DNA of 64,000 nucleotides from Nageia nagi (lineage: Eukaryota; Plantae; Pinophyta): positions 134,168,001-134,232,000 of the forward strand of contig JBITNC010000001.1 in assembly GCA_050084985.1 (NCBI GenBank), in the 5' to 3' direction. The translations under genes were made by a program, and so were the position numbers. The notes under the pieces were generated by a model. That model did no database searches. It saw only the letters and a list, made by a program, of their open reading frames with translations, and was not told where the DNA came from. The first letter of the stretch is position 1, and every line of letters begins with the position of its first letter. This document shows, in pieces, positions 12,601 to 26,162 of the stretch.

Positions 12601-14678
12601 GAGACATACACAAGTTTTACAAATAGTATTTTTGATCTTTAAAAGTTTTGCAAATTACTTGATTTGAATTTAAAACTCTTATTTATGGTTATAAGTGTAG
12701 TTGGTGTAAATATTTAATGATTATTATTATATGGTTATTTTTAAAGAGAAGTTATATTTTTCTTAATAAATAAAGGTTTTTTTAGGAAAAGAATGTTATT
12801 ATAAGATTTTTTTTCTTCTTCTTCTCTATTATAAAGTAAGGATTCTTTTTTAAATCCCTTAATAATAGGAGGATGTTACTTCTTTAAGTAAAGTAAATTT
12901 TTACCTTTTTCTCTAAAAATGTGGGGGGGAGACAATGAATTGTTTTTTTTTTAAAAAAAGAGAAGTGGATATTAGTCTTTGTTGCCTTAAAGATATTATT
13001 ACTTAAAGAATTTATGATGGAATTTTTTTCCCTCTCTTATCTTATCCTAACCTTGTTCTTGAAAATGTAAATAGGAGTGTTTGTGATGTCTTCTAAGCAT
13101 AGGAAAGTAAGATGTCTTATTGCGAGAATGAAGACTATTGACAAGAAGATGAAAAAGCTTTGGAAGAAAATAAGGAAGAAAAAATTGAAGATAAAATGCA
13201 AAAATGGTCAATCTTTGCGAGACAAAGGAATGAAATCATAGCCCACATGCTTCACTTTCAAACTTGTTATATAGTGGACTACAATATTTTTATGATTGAG
13301 AAAATGGCTCTTCCTCTTGAATTGAGTCTTCCTAAGCAATTTGTGTTAAATTAACCTTGTTTGTATGATAATTCACTAAGACTTATGTTGATATTGAGCA
13401 TATTGTAAAGCTCCTAGAGCCTTGTTATGTAACTAGCCCAAAACTAAAGAAACTACTAACCCCTTATTATGTGTGGTTTTCCTTCTTGTTTGTGATTAAA
13501 CAATCAACAAATGCTCAAATTAAGTTAAGTCAATGATAAAATATGCACTAACTTCAAATGCTACTCCATCCCTACTTCACAGCAAGCCATGCTACTTCCA
13601 TCATGCCCACCAGGCCACGTTCGACCTCTCCACATCGCTCCTCAACATGTCATTGTAGAAATAAAGGTGAGTTCTCACTATGCCACCACTGTAGCCATCT
13701 CCCTCCACCACCACCTCTGCTGACATCTCCACCTTCACCTTTGTGCATTGCTGTTCAGCTAACTCTGCTCAGTCGACAGTGCCTCTTCCCCTGTTTCATG
13801 GTTCCTTTGCTCACCAATGTCATGCCAAGGAGGAAATATTTCTTATCAGATTCTATTATTAACATATTCAAAATTTTTGATAATTATATTAATGCAACTC
13901 ATCCTTTTGTACCGGAATAACAAACTACGCAAGCCCCCCCAGTGGAGCGAATAGAAATCCTATCTGGATGCGAAAGATAAGAGGTAAGAAAAATAGAAAA
14001 TGTGATCCTTTTCCCCCCATGTCACCCACACTTGGTGTGCACCATGTGTGGTTCATTTCCTACCTACTTGTGGTGTGTTGTCGCTAGCCCTGGCCTCTTA
14101 GCCCCCTTGCCCCTCCTCTTTGCATTTGCCCCCTCTCCTCTTTCGTCAAATAGACCAAAACTTTTTTAATTAATTAACTCTTTTGCAAATAATAAAGAGA
14201 CATACACAAGTTTGTACAAATAGTATTTTTGAGCTTTAAAAGTTTTGCAAATTACTTGATTTGAATTTAAAAATCTTATTTATGGTTATAAGTGTAGTTG
14301 GTGTAAATATTTAATGATTATTTTTATATGGTTATTTTTAAAGAGAAGTTATATTTTTCTTAATAAAGAAAGAATTTCTTAGGAAAAGAATGTTATTATA
14401 AATTTTTTTTTCTTCTTCTCCTATTATAAGGTAGGATTCTTTTTTAAATCCCTTAATAATAGGAGGATGTTACTTCTTTAAGTAAAGTAATTTTTTACCT
14501 TTTTCTATAAAAATGTGGGGGGAGACAATGAAGTGTTTTTTTTTTTTAAAAAGAGAAGTGGATATTAGTCTTTGTTTCCTTAAAGATATTATTACTTAAA
14601 GAATTTATGATGGAATTTTTTTTCCTCTCTTATCTTATCCTAACCTTGTTCTTGAAAATGTAAATAGGAGTGTTTGTG

Positions 14679-14930
14679 ATGTCTTCTAAGCATAGGAAAG
14701 TAAGATGTCTTATTGCGAGAATGAAGACTATTGACAAGAAGATGGAAAAGCTTTGGAAGAAAATAAGGAAGATAAAATATGAAGATAAAATGCAAAAATG
14801 GTCAATCTTTGCGAGACAAAGGAATGAAATCATAGCCCACATGCTTCACTTTCAAACTTGTTATATAGTGGACTACAATATTTTTATGATTGAGAAAATG
14901 GCTCTTCCTCTTGAATTGAGTCTTCCCTAA
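14679..14930 (+). CDS. Leader small ORF, 83 aa, basic and probably helical, unknown function (unit 3)
   Basis: MSSKHRKVRCLIARMK...LELSLP*; protein-level homologue at 61168-61410; acceptor-like motif upstream. Confidence 0.5.
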   Translation: MSSKHRKVRCLIARMKTIDKKMEKLWKKIRKIKYEDKMQKWSIFARQRNEIIAHMLHFQTCYIVDYNIFMIEKMALPLELSLP

Positions 14931-16288
14931 GCAATTTGTGTTAAATTAACCTCGTTTGTATGATAATTCGCTAAGACTTATGTTCATATTGAGCATATTG
15001 TAAAGCTCCTAGAGCCTTGTTATGTAACTAGCCCAAAACTAAAGAAACTACTAACCCCTTATTATGTGTGGTTTTCCTTCTTGTTTGTGATTAAACAATC
15101 AACAAATGCTCAAATTAAGTTAATTCAATGGTAAAATATGCACTAACTTCAACACTAACTTCAAATGCTACTTCATCCCTACTTCACAGCAAGCCATGCT
15201 ACTTCCATCATGCCCACCAGGCCACGTTCGGCCTCTCCCCATCGTGCCTCAACATGTCATTGGAGAAAGAAAGGTGAGTTCTCACTATGCCACCACCATA
15301 TCCATCTCCCTCCACCACCACCTCTGCTGACATCTCCACCTTCACCTTTGTGCATTGCTGTTCAACTAACTCTGCTCAGTCGGCGGTGCCTCTTCCCCTG
15401 TGCACGGTTCCTTTGCTCACCGATGTCATGCAGGGAGGAAATATTTCTTATCAGATTCTATTATTAACATATTCACAACTTTTTGATAATTATATTAATG
15501 CAACTCATCCTTTTGTACCTGGAATAACAAACTACGCAAGCCCCCCAACGGAGCCAATAGAAATCCTATCTGGATGCGAAAGATAAGAGGTAGGAAAAAA
15601 TAGAAAATGTGATCCTTTTCCCCCCATGTTGCCCACACTTGGTGTACACCATGTGTGGTTCATTTCCTACCTACTCGTGGTGTGTTTTCGCTAGCCCTGG
15701 CCTCTTAGCCCCTTGCCCCTCCTCTTTGCATTTGCCCCCTCTCCTCTTTCGTAAAATAGACCATAAACTTTTTTAATTAATTGACTCTTTTGCAAATAAT
15801 AAAGAGACATACACAAGTTTTACAAATAGTATTTTGGAGCTTTAAAATTTTTGCAAATTACTTGATTTGAATTTAAAACTCTTATTTATGGTTATAAGTG
15901 TAGTTGGTGTAAATATTTAATGATTATTATTATATGGTTATTTTTAAAGAGAAGTTATATTTTTCTTAATAAATAAAGGTTTTTTTAGGAAAATAATGTT
16001 ATTATAAGATTTTTTTCTTGTTCTTCTCCTATTATAAAGTAAGGATTCTTTTTTAAATCCCTTAATAATAGGAGGATGTTACTTCTTTAAGTAAAGTAAA
16101 TTTTTACCTTTTTCTCTAAAAATGTGGGGGGGAGACAATGAAGTGTTTTTTTTTTTAAAAAAGAGAAGTGGATATTAGTCTTTGTTGCCTTAAAGATATT
16201 ATTACTTAAAGAATTTATGATGGAATTTTTTTCCCTCTCTTATCTTATCCTAACCTTGTTCTTGAAAATGTAAATAGGAGTGTTTGTG

Positions 16289-16540
16289 ATGTCTTCTAAG
16301 CATAGGAAAGTAAGATGTCTTATTGCGAGAATGAAGACTATTGACAAGAAGATGGAAAAGCTTTGGAAGAAAATAAGGAAGAAAAAATATGAAGATAAAA
16401 TGCAAAAATGGTCAATCTTTGCGAGACAAAGGAATGAAATCATAGCCCACATGCTTCACTTTCAAACTTGTTATATAGTGGACTACAATATTTTTATGAT
16501 TGAGAAAATGGCTCTTCCTCTTGAATTGAGTCTTCCCTAA
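16289..16540 (+). CDS. Leader small ORF, 83 aa (unit 4)
   Basis: Intact ATG-TAA copy. Confidence 0.5.
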   Translation: MSSKHRKVRCLIARMKTIDKKMEKLWKKIRKKKYEDKMQKWSIFARQRNEIIAHMLHFQTCYIVDYNIFMIEKMALPLELSLP

Positions 16541-17883
16541 GCAATTTGTGTTAAATTAACCTTGTTTGTATGATAATTCACTAAGACTTATGTTGATATT
16601 GAGCATATGGTAAAGCTCCTAGAGCCTTGTTATGTAACTAGCCCAAAACTAAAGAAACTACTAACCCCTTATTATGTGTGGTTTTCCTTCTTGTTTGTGA
16701 TTAAACAATCAACAAATGCTCAAATTAAGTTAAGTCAATGATAAAATATGCACTAACTTCAAATGCTACTTCATCCCTACTTCACAGCAAGCCATGCTAC
16801 TTCCATCATGCCCACCAGGCCACGTTCGACCTCTCCACATCGCGCCTCAACATGTCATTGTAGAAATAAAGGTGAGTTTTCACTATGCCACCACTGTAGC
16901 CATCCCTCCACCACCACCTCTGCTGACATCTCCACCTTCACCTTTGTGCATTGCTGTTCAGCTAACTCTGCTCAGTCGACAGTGCCTCTTCCCCTGTGCA
17001 TGTTTCCTTTGCTCACCGATGTCATGCCAAGGAGGAAATATTTCTTATCAGATTCTATTATTAACATATTCATAACTTTTTGATAATTATATTAATGCAA
17101 CTCATCCTTTTGTACCCGGAATAACAAACTACGCAAGCCCCCCAGTGGAGCGAATAGAAATCCTATCTGGATAAGAAAGATAAGAGGTAAGAAAAAATAG
17201 AAAATGTGATCCTTTTCCCCCCATGTCACCCACACTTGGTGTGCACCATGTGTGGTTCATTTCCCACCTACTCCTGGTGTGTTGTCGCTAGCCCTGGCCT
17301 CTTAGCCCCCTTGCCCCTCCTCTTTGCATTTTCCCCTCTCCTCTTTCGTCAAATAGACCACAAACTTTTTTAATTAATTGACTCTTTTGCAAATAATAAA
17401 GAGACATACACAAGTTGTACAAATAGTATTTTTGGGCTTTAAAAGTTTTGCAAATTACTTGATTTGAATTTAAAAATCTTATTTATGGTTATAAGTGTAG
17501 TTGGTGTAAATATTTAATGATTATTTTTATATGGTTATTTTTAAAGAGAAGTTATATTTTTCTTAATAAAGAAAGAATTTCTTAGGAAAAGAATGTTATT
17601 ATAATGTTTTTTTTTCTTCTTCTCCTATTATAAAGTAGGGTTCTTTTTTAAATCCCTTAATAATAGGAGGATGTTACTTCTTTAAGTAAAGTAATTTTTT
17701 ACCTTTTTCTCTATAAATGTGGGGGGGAGACAATCAAGTGTTTTTTTTTTTTAAAAAGAGAAGTGGATATTAGTCTTTGTTGCCTTAAAGATATTATTAC
17801 TTAAAGAATTTATGATGGAATTTTTTTTCCTCTCTTATCTTATCCTAACCTTATTCTTGAAAATGTAAATAGGAGTGTTTGTG

Positions 17884-18135
17884 ATGTCTTCTAAGCATAG
17901 GAAAGTAAGATGTCTTATTGCGAGAATGAAGACTATTGACAAGAAGATGGAAAAGCTTTGGAAGAAAATAAGGAAGAAAAAATATGAAGATAAAATGCAA
18001 AAATGGTCAATCTTTGCGAGACAAAGGAATAAAATCATAGCCCACATGCTTCACTTTCAAACTTGTTATATAGTGGACTACAATATTTTTATGATTGAGA
18101 AAATGGCTCTTCCTCTTGAATTGAGTCTTCCCTAA
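17884..18135 (+). CDS. Leader small ORF, 83 aa (unit 5)
   Basis: Intact ATG-TAA copy. Confidence 0.5.
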   Translation: MSSKHRKVRCLIARMKTIDKKMEKLWKKIRKKKYEDKMQKWSIFARQRNKIIAHMLHFQTCYIVDYNIFMIEKMALPLELSLP

Positions 18136-19494
18136 GCAATTTGTGTTAAATTAACCTCGTTTGTATGATAATTCGCTAAGACTTATGTTGATATTGAGCA
18201 TATTGTAAAGCTCCTAGAGCCTTGTTATGTAACTAGCCCAAAACTAAAGAAACTACTAACCCCTTATTATGTGTGGTTTTCCTTCTTGTTTGTGATTAAA
18301 CAATCAACAAATGCTCAAATTAAGTTAATTCAATGGTAAAATATGCACTAACTTCAACACTAACTTCAAATGCTACTTCATCCCTACTTCACAGCAAGCC
18401 ATGCTACTTCCATCATGCCCACCAGGCCATGTTCGGCCTCTCCCCATCGCGCCTCAACATGTCATTGGAGAAAGAAAGGTGAGTTCTCACTATGCCACCA
18501 CCATATCCATCTCCCTCCACCACCACCTCTGCTGACATCTCCACCTTCACCTTTGTGCATTGCTGTTCAGCTAACTCTGCTCAGTCGGCAGTGCCTCTTC
18601 CCCTGTGCACGGTTCCTTTGCTCACCGATGTCACGCCAGGGAGGAAATATTTCTTATCAGATTCTATTATTAACATATTCACAACTTTTTGATAATTATA
18701 TTAATGCAACTCATCCTTTTGTACCTGGAATAACAAACTACGCAAGCCCCCCAACGGAGCCAATAGAAATCCTATCTGGATGCGAAAGATAAGAGGTAGG
18801 AAAAAATAGAAAATGTGATCCTTTTCCCCCCATGTCGCCCACACTTGGTGTGCACCATGTGTGGTTCATTTCCTACCTACTCGTGGTGTGTTTTCGCTAG
18901 CCTTGGCCTCTTAGCCCCCTTGCCCCTCCTCTTTGCATTCGCCCCCTCTCCTCTTTCGTAAAATAGACCATAAACTTTTTTAATTAATTGACTCTTTTGC
19001 AAATAATAAAGAGACATACACAAGTTTTACAAATAGTATTTTTGAGCTTTAAAAGTTTTGCAAATTACTTGATTTGAATTTAAAACTCTTATTTATGGTT
19101 ATAAGTGTAGTTGGTGTAAATATTTAATGATTATTATTATATGGTTATTTTTAAAGAGAAGTTATATTTTTCTTAATAAATAAAGGTTTTTTAGGAAAAG
19201 AATGTTATTATAAGATTTTTTTCTTTTCTTCTCCTATTATAAAGTAAGGATTCTTTTTTAAATCCCTTAATAATAGGAGGATGTTACTTCTTTAAGTAAA
19301 GTAAATTTTTACCTTTTTCTCTAAAAATGTGGGGGGGAGACAATGAAGTGTTTTTTTTTTTAAAAAAGAGAAGTGGATATTAGTCTTTGTTGCCTTAAAG
19401 ATATTATTACTTAAATAATTTATGATGGAATTTTTTTTCCCTCTCTTATCTTATCCTAACCTTGTTCTTGAAAATGTAAATAGGAGTGTTTGTG

Positions 19495-19746
19495 ATGTCT
19501 TCTAAGCATAGGAAAGTAAGATGTCTTATTGCGAGAATGAAGACTATTGACAAGAAGATGGAAAAGCTTTGGAAGAAAATAAGGAATAAAAAATATGAAG
19601 ATAAAATGCAAAAATGGTCAATCTTTGCGAGACAAAGGAATGAAATCATAGCCCACATGCTTCACTTTCAAACTTGTTATATAGTGGACTACAATATTTT
19701 TATTTTTGAGAAAATGGCTCTTCCTCTTGAATTGAGTCTTCCCTAA
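19495..19746 (+). CDS. Leader small ORF, 83 aa (unit 6)
   Basis: Intact ATG-TAA copy. Confidence 0.5.
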   Translation: MSSKHRKVRCLIARMKTIDKKMEKLWKKIRNKKYEDKMQKWSIFARQRNEIIAHMLHFQTCYIVDYNIFIFEKMALPLELSLP

Positions 19747-22700
19747 GCAATTTGTGTTAAATTAACCTTGTTTGTATGATAATTCACTAAGACTTATGTT
19801 GATATTGAGCATATTGTAAAGCTCCTAGCCTTGTTATGTAACTAGCCCAAAACTAAAGAAACTACTAACCCCTTATTATGTGTGGTTTTCCTTCTTGTTT
19901 GTGATTAAACAATCAACAAATGCTCAAATTAAGTTAATTCAATGGTAAAATATGCACTAACTTCAACACTAACTTCAAATGCTACTTCATCCCTACTTCA
20001 CAGCAAGCCATGCTACTTCCATCATGCCCACCAGGCCACGTTCGACCTCTCCACATCGCGCCTCAACATGTCATTGTAGAAATAAAGGTGAGTTTTCACT
20101 ATGCCACCACTGTAGCCATCTCCCTCCACCACCACCTCTGCTGACATCTCCACCTTCACCTTTGTGCATTGCTGTTCAGCTAACTCTGCTCAGTCGGTAG
20201 TGCCTCTTCCCCTGTGCATGTTTCCTTTGCTCACCGATGTCATGCCAAGGAGGAAATATTTCTTATCAGATTCTATTATTAACATATTCATAACTTTTTT
20301 GATAATTATATTAATGCAACTCATCCTTTTGTACCTGAATAACAAACTACGCAAGCCCCCCAACGGAGCCAATAGAAATCCTATCTGGATGCGAAAGATA
20401 AGAGGTAGGAAAAAATAGAAAATGTGATCCTTTTCCCCCCATGTTGCCCACACTTGGTGTACACCATGTGTGGTTCATTTCCTACCTACTCGTGGTGTGT
20501 TTTCGCTAGCCCTGGCCTCTTAGCCCCTTGCCCCTCCTCTTTGCATTTGCCCCCTCTCCTCTTTCGTAAAATAGACCATAAACTTTTTTAATTAATTGAC
20601 TCTTTTGCAAATAATAAAGAGACATACACAAGTTTTACAAATAGTATTTTGGAGCTTTAAAATTTTTGCAAATTACTTGATTTGAATTTAAAACTCTTAT
20701 TTATGGTTATAAGTGTAGTTGGTGTAAATATTTAATGATTTATTTTTATATGGTTATTTTTAAAGAGAAGTTATATTTTTCTTAATAAAGAAAGAATTTC
20801 TTAGGAAAAGAATGTTATTATAATATTTTTTTTTCTTCTTCTCCTATTATAAAGTAGGGATTCTTTTTTAAATCCCTTAATAATAGGAGGATGTTACTTC
20901 TTTAAGTAAAGTAAATTTTTACCTTTTTCTCTAAAAATGTGGGGGGAGATAATGAAGTGTTTTTTTTAAAAAAAAAGAGAAGTGGATATTAGTCTTTGTT
21001 GCCTTAAAGATATTATTACTTAAAGAATTTATGATGGAATTTTTTTTCCTCTCTTATCTTATCCTAACCTTGTTCTTGAAAATGTAAATAGGAGTGTTTG
21101 TGATGTCTTCTAAGCATAGGAAAGTAAGATGTCTTATTGCGAGAATGAAGACTATTGACAAGAAGATGGAAAAGCTTTGGAAGAAAATAAGGAAGAAAAA
21201 ATATGAAGATAAAATGCAAAAATGGTCAACCTTTGCGAGACAAAGGAATGAAATCATAGCCCACATGCTTCACTTTCAAACTTGTTATATAGTGGACTAC
21301 AATATTTTTATGATTGAGAAAATGGCTCTCCTCTTGAATTGAGTCTTTCCTAAGAAATTTGTGTTAAATTAACCTTGTTTTTATGATAATTCGCTAAGAC
21401 TTATGTTGATATTGAGCATATTGTAAAGCTCCTATAGCCTTGTTATGTAACTAGCCCAAAACTAAAGAAACTACTAACCCCTTATTATGTGTGGTTTTCC
21501 TTCTTGTTTGTGATTAAACAATCAACAAATGCTCAAATTAAGTTAAGTCAATGGTAAAATATGCACTAACTTCAACACTAACTTCAAATGCTACTCCATC
21601 CCTACTTCACAGCAAGCCATGCTACTTCCATCATGCCCACCAGGCCACGTTCGACCTCTCCACATCGCGCCTCAACATGTCATTGTAGAAATAAAGGTGA
21701 GTTTTCACTATGCCACCACTGTAGCCATCTCCCTCCACCACCACCTCTGCTGACATCTCCACCTTCACCTTTGTGCATTGCTGTTCAGCTAACTCTGCTC
21801 AGTCGGCAGTGCCTCTTCCCCTGTGCACGGTTCCTTTGCTCACCGATGTCATGCCAAGGAGGAAATATTTCTTATCAGATTCTATTATTAACATATTCAT
21901 AACTTTTTGATAATTATATTAATGCAACTCATCCTTTTGTACCTGGAATAACAAACTACGCAAGCCCCCCAGTGGAGCGAATAGAAATCCTATCTGGATG
22001 CGAAAGATAAGAGGTAAGAAAAAATAGAAAATGTGATCCTTTTCCCCCATGTCACCCACACTTGGTGTGCACCATGTGTGGTTCATTTCCTACCTACTCG
22101 TGGTGTGTTGTCGCTAGCCCTGGCCTCTTAGCCCCCTTGCCCCTCCTCTTTGCATTTGCCCCCTCTCCTCTTTCGTCAAATAGACCACAAACTTTTTTAA
22201 TTAATTGACTCTTTTGCAAATAATAAAGAGACATACACAAGTTGTACAAATAGTATTTTTGGGCTTTAAAAGTTTTGCAAATTACTTGATTTGAATTTAA
22301 AAATCTTATTTATGGTTTATAAGTGTAGTTGGTGTAAATATTTAATGATTATTTTTATATGGTTATTTTTAAAGAGAAGTTATATTTTTCTTAATAAAGA
22401 AAGAATTTCTTAGGAAAAGAATGTTATTATAATATTTTTTTTTCTTCTTCTCCTATTATAAAGTAGGGATTCTTTTTTAAATCCCTTAATAATAGGAGGA
22501 TGTTACTTCTTTAAGTAAAGTAAATTTTTACCTTTTTCTCTAAAAATGTGGCGGGGAGAAATGAAGTTTTTTTTTAAAAAAAAAGAGAAGTGGATATTAG
22601 TCTTTGTTGCCTTAAAGATATTATTACTTAAAGAATTTATGATGGAATTTTTTTTCCTCTCTTATCTTATCCTAACCTTGTTCTTGAAAATGTAAATAGG

Positions 22701-24300
22701 AGTGTTTGTGATGTCTTCTAAGCATAGGAAAGTAAGATGTCTTATTGCGAGAATGAAGACTATTGACAAGAAGATGGAAAAGCTTTGGAAGAAAATAAGG
22801 AAATAAAATATGAAGATAAAATGTAAAAATGGTCAATCTTTGCAAGACAAAGGAATGAAATCATAGCCCACATGCTTCACTTTCAAACTTGTTATATAGT
22901 GGACTACAATATTTTTATGATTGAGAAAATGGCTCTTCCTCTTGAATTGAGTCTTCTCTAAGAAATTTGTGTTAAATTAACCTTGTTTTTATGATAATTC
23001 GCTAAGACTTATGTTGATATTGAGCATATTGTAAAGCTCCTATAGCCTTGTTATGTAACTAGCCCAAAACTAAAGAAACTACTAACCCCTTATTATGTGT
23101 GGTTTTCCTTCTTGTTTGTGATTAAACAATCAACAAATGCTCAAATTAAGTTAAGTCAATGATAAAATATGCACTAACTTCAAATGCTACTTCATCCCTA
23201 CTTCACAGCAAGCCATGTACTTCCATCATGCCCACCAGGCCACGTTCGACCTCTCCACATCGTGCCTCAACATGTCATTGTAGAAATAAAGGTGAGTTCT
23301 CACTATGCCACCACTGTAGCCATCTCCCTCCACCACCACCTCTGCTGACATCTCCACCTTCACCTTTATGCATTGCTGTTCAGCTAACTCTGCTCAGTCG
23401 ACAGTGCCTCTTCCCTGTGCATGTTTCCTTTGCTCACCGATGTCATGCCAAGGAGGAAATATTTCTTATCAGATTCTATTATTAACATATTCATAACTTT
23501 TTGATAATTATATTAATGCAACTCATCCTTTTGTACCTGGAATAACAAAATACGCAAGCCCCCCAGTGGAGCGAATAGAAATCCTATCTGGATGCGAAAG
23601 ATAAGAGGTAAGAAAAAATAGAAAATGTGATCCTTTTCCCCCCATGTCACCCACACTTGGTGTGCACCATGTGTGGTTCATTTCCTACCTACTGTGGTGT
23701 GTTGTCGCTAGCCCTGGCCTCTTAGCCCCCTTGCCCCTCCTCTTTGCATTTGCCCCCTCTCCTCTTTCGTCAAATAGACCAAACTTTTTTAATTAATTGA
23801 CTCTTTTGCAAATAATAAAGAGACATACACAAGTTGTACAAATAGTATTTTTGAGCTTTAAAAGTTTTGCAAATTACTTGATTTGAATTTAAAATCTTAT
23901 TTATGGTTATAAGTGTAGTTGGTGTAAATATTTAATGATTATTTTTATATGGTTATTTTTAAAGAGAAGTTATATTTTTCTTAATAAAGAAAGAATTTCT
24001 TAGGAAAAGAATGTTATTATAATATTTTTTTTTCTTCTTCTCCTATTATAAAGTAGGGATTCTTTTTTAAATCCCTTAATAATAGGAGGATGTTACTTCT
24101 TTAAGTAAAGTAATTTTTTACCTTTTTCTCTAAAAATGTGGGGGGGAGACAATGAAGTGTTTTTTTTAAAAAAAAAGAGAAGTGGATATTAGTCTTTGTT
24201 CCTTAAAGATATTATTACTTAAAGAATTTATGATGGAATTTTTTTCCTCTCTTATCTTATCCTAACCTTGTTCTTGAAAATGTAAATAGGAGTGTTTGTG

Positions 24301-24552
24301 ATGTCTTCTAAGCATAGGAAAGTAAGATGTCTTATTGCGAGAATGAAGACTATTGACAAGAAGATGGAAAAGCTTTGGAAGAAAATAAGGAAGATAAAAT
24401 ATGAAGATAAAATGCAAAAATGGTCAATCTTTGCGAGACAAAGGAATGAAATCATAGCCCACATGCTTCACTTTCAAACTTGTTATATAGTGGACTACAA
24501 TATTTTTATGATTGAGAAAATGGCTCTTCCTCTTGAATTGAGTCTTCCCTAA
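24301..24552 (+). CDS. Leader small ORF, 83 aa (unit 9)
   Basis: Intact ATG-TAA copy. Confidence 0.5.
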   Translation: MSSKHRKVRCLIARMKTIDKKMEKLWKKIRKIKYEDKMQKWSIFARQRNEIIAHMLHFQTCYIVDYNIFMIEKMALPLELSLP

Positions 24553-25910
24553 GCAATTTGTGTTAAATTAACCTCGTTTGTATGATAATTCGCTAAGACT
24601 TATGTTCATATTGAGCATATTGTAAAGCTCCTAGAGCCTTGTTATGTAACTAGCCCAAAACTAAAGAAACTACTAACCCCTTATTTATGTGTGGTTTTCC
24701 TTCTTGTTTGTGATTAAACAATCAACAAATGCTCAAATTAAGTTAATTCAATGGTAAAATATGCACTAACTTCAACACTAACTTCAAATGCTACTTCATC
24801 CCTACTTCACAGCAAGCCATGCTACTTCCATCATGCCCACCAGGCCACGTTCGGCCTCTCCCCATCGTGCCTCAACATGTCATTGGAGAAAGAAAGGTGA
24901 GTTCTCACTATGCCACCACCATATCCATCTCCCTCCACCACCACCTCTGCTGACATCTCCACCTTCACCTTTGTGCATTGCTGTTCAACTAACTCTGCTC
25001 AGTCGGCGGTGCCTCTTCCCCTGTGCACGGTTCCTTTGCTCACCGATGTCACGCAGGGAGGAAATATTTCTTATCAGATTCTATTATTAACATATTCACA
25101 ACTTTTTGATAATTATATTAATGCAACTCATCCTTTTGTACCTGGAATAACAAACTACGCAAGCCCCCCAACGGAGCCAATAGAAATCCTATCTGGATGC
25201 GAAAGATAAGAGGTAGGAAAAAATAGAAAATGTGATCCTTTTCCCCCATGTTGCCCACACTTGGTGTACACCATGTGTGGTTCATTTCCTACCTACTCGT
25301 GGTGTGTTTTCGCTAGCCCTGGCCTCTTAGCCCCCTTGCCCCTCCTCTTTGCATTTGCCCCCTCTCCTCTTTCGTAAAATAGACCATAAACTTTTTTAAT
25401 TAATTGACTCTTTTGCAAATAATAAAGAGACATACACAAGTTTTACAAATAGAATTTTGGAGCTTTAAAATTTTTGCAAATTACTTGATTTGAATTTAAA
25501 ACTCTTATTTATGGTTATAAGTGTAGTTGGTGTAAATATTTAATGATTATTTTTATATGGTTATTTTTAAAGAGAAGTTATATTTTTCTTAATAAAGAAA
25601 GAATTTCTTAGGAAAAGAATGTTATTATAATATTTTTTTTTCTTCTTCTCCTATTATAAAGTAGGGATTCTTTTTTAAATCCCTTAATAATAGGAGGATG
25701 TTACTTCTTTAAGTAAAGTAAATTTTTACCTTTTTCTCTAAAAATGTGGGGGGGAGATAATGAAGTGTTTTTTTTAAAAAAAAAGAGAAGTGGATATTAG
25801 TCTTTGTTGCCTTAAAGATATTATTACTTAAAGAATTTATGATGGAATTTTTTTTCCTCTCTTATCTTATCCTAACCTTGTTCTTGAAAATGTAAATAGG
25901 AGTGTTTGTG

Positions 25911-26162
25911 ATGTCTTCTAAGCATAGGAAAGTAAGATGTCTTATTGCGAGAATGAAGACTATTGACAAGAAGATGGAAAAGCTTTGGAAGAAAATAAGG
26001 AAGAAAAAATATGAAGATAAAATGCAAAAATGGTCAACCTTTGCGAGACAAAGGAATGAAATCATAGCCCACATGCTTCACTTTCAAACTTGTTATATAG
26101 TGGACTACAATATTTTTATGATTGAGAAAATGGCTCTTCCTCTTGAATTGAGTCTTTCCTAA
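25911..26162 (+). CDS. Leader small ORF, 83 aa (unit 10)
   Basis: Intact ATG-TAA copy (ends LSLS). Confidence 0.5.
   Translation: MSSKHRKVRCLIARMKTIDKKMEKLWKKIRKKKYEDKMQKWSTFARQRNEIIAHMLHFQTCYIVDYNIFMIEKMALPLELSLS

Noticed and set aside
14630-14842. Antisense 70-aa ORF (MWAMISFLCL...) repeated in the array
   Set aside because: Shadow of the plus-strand small ORF; no independent support in D.
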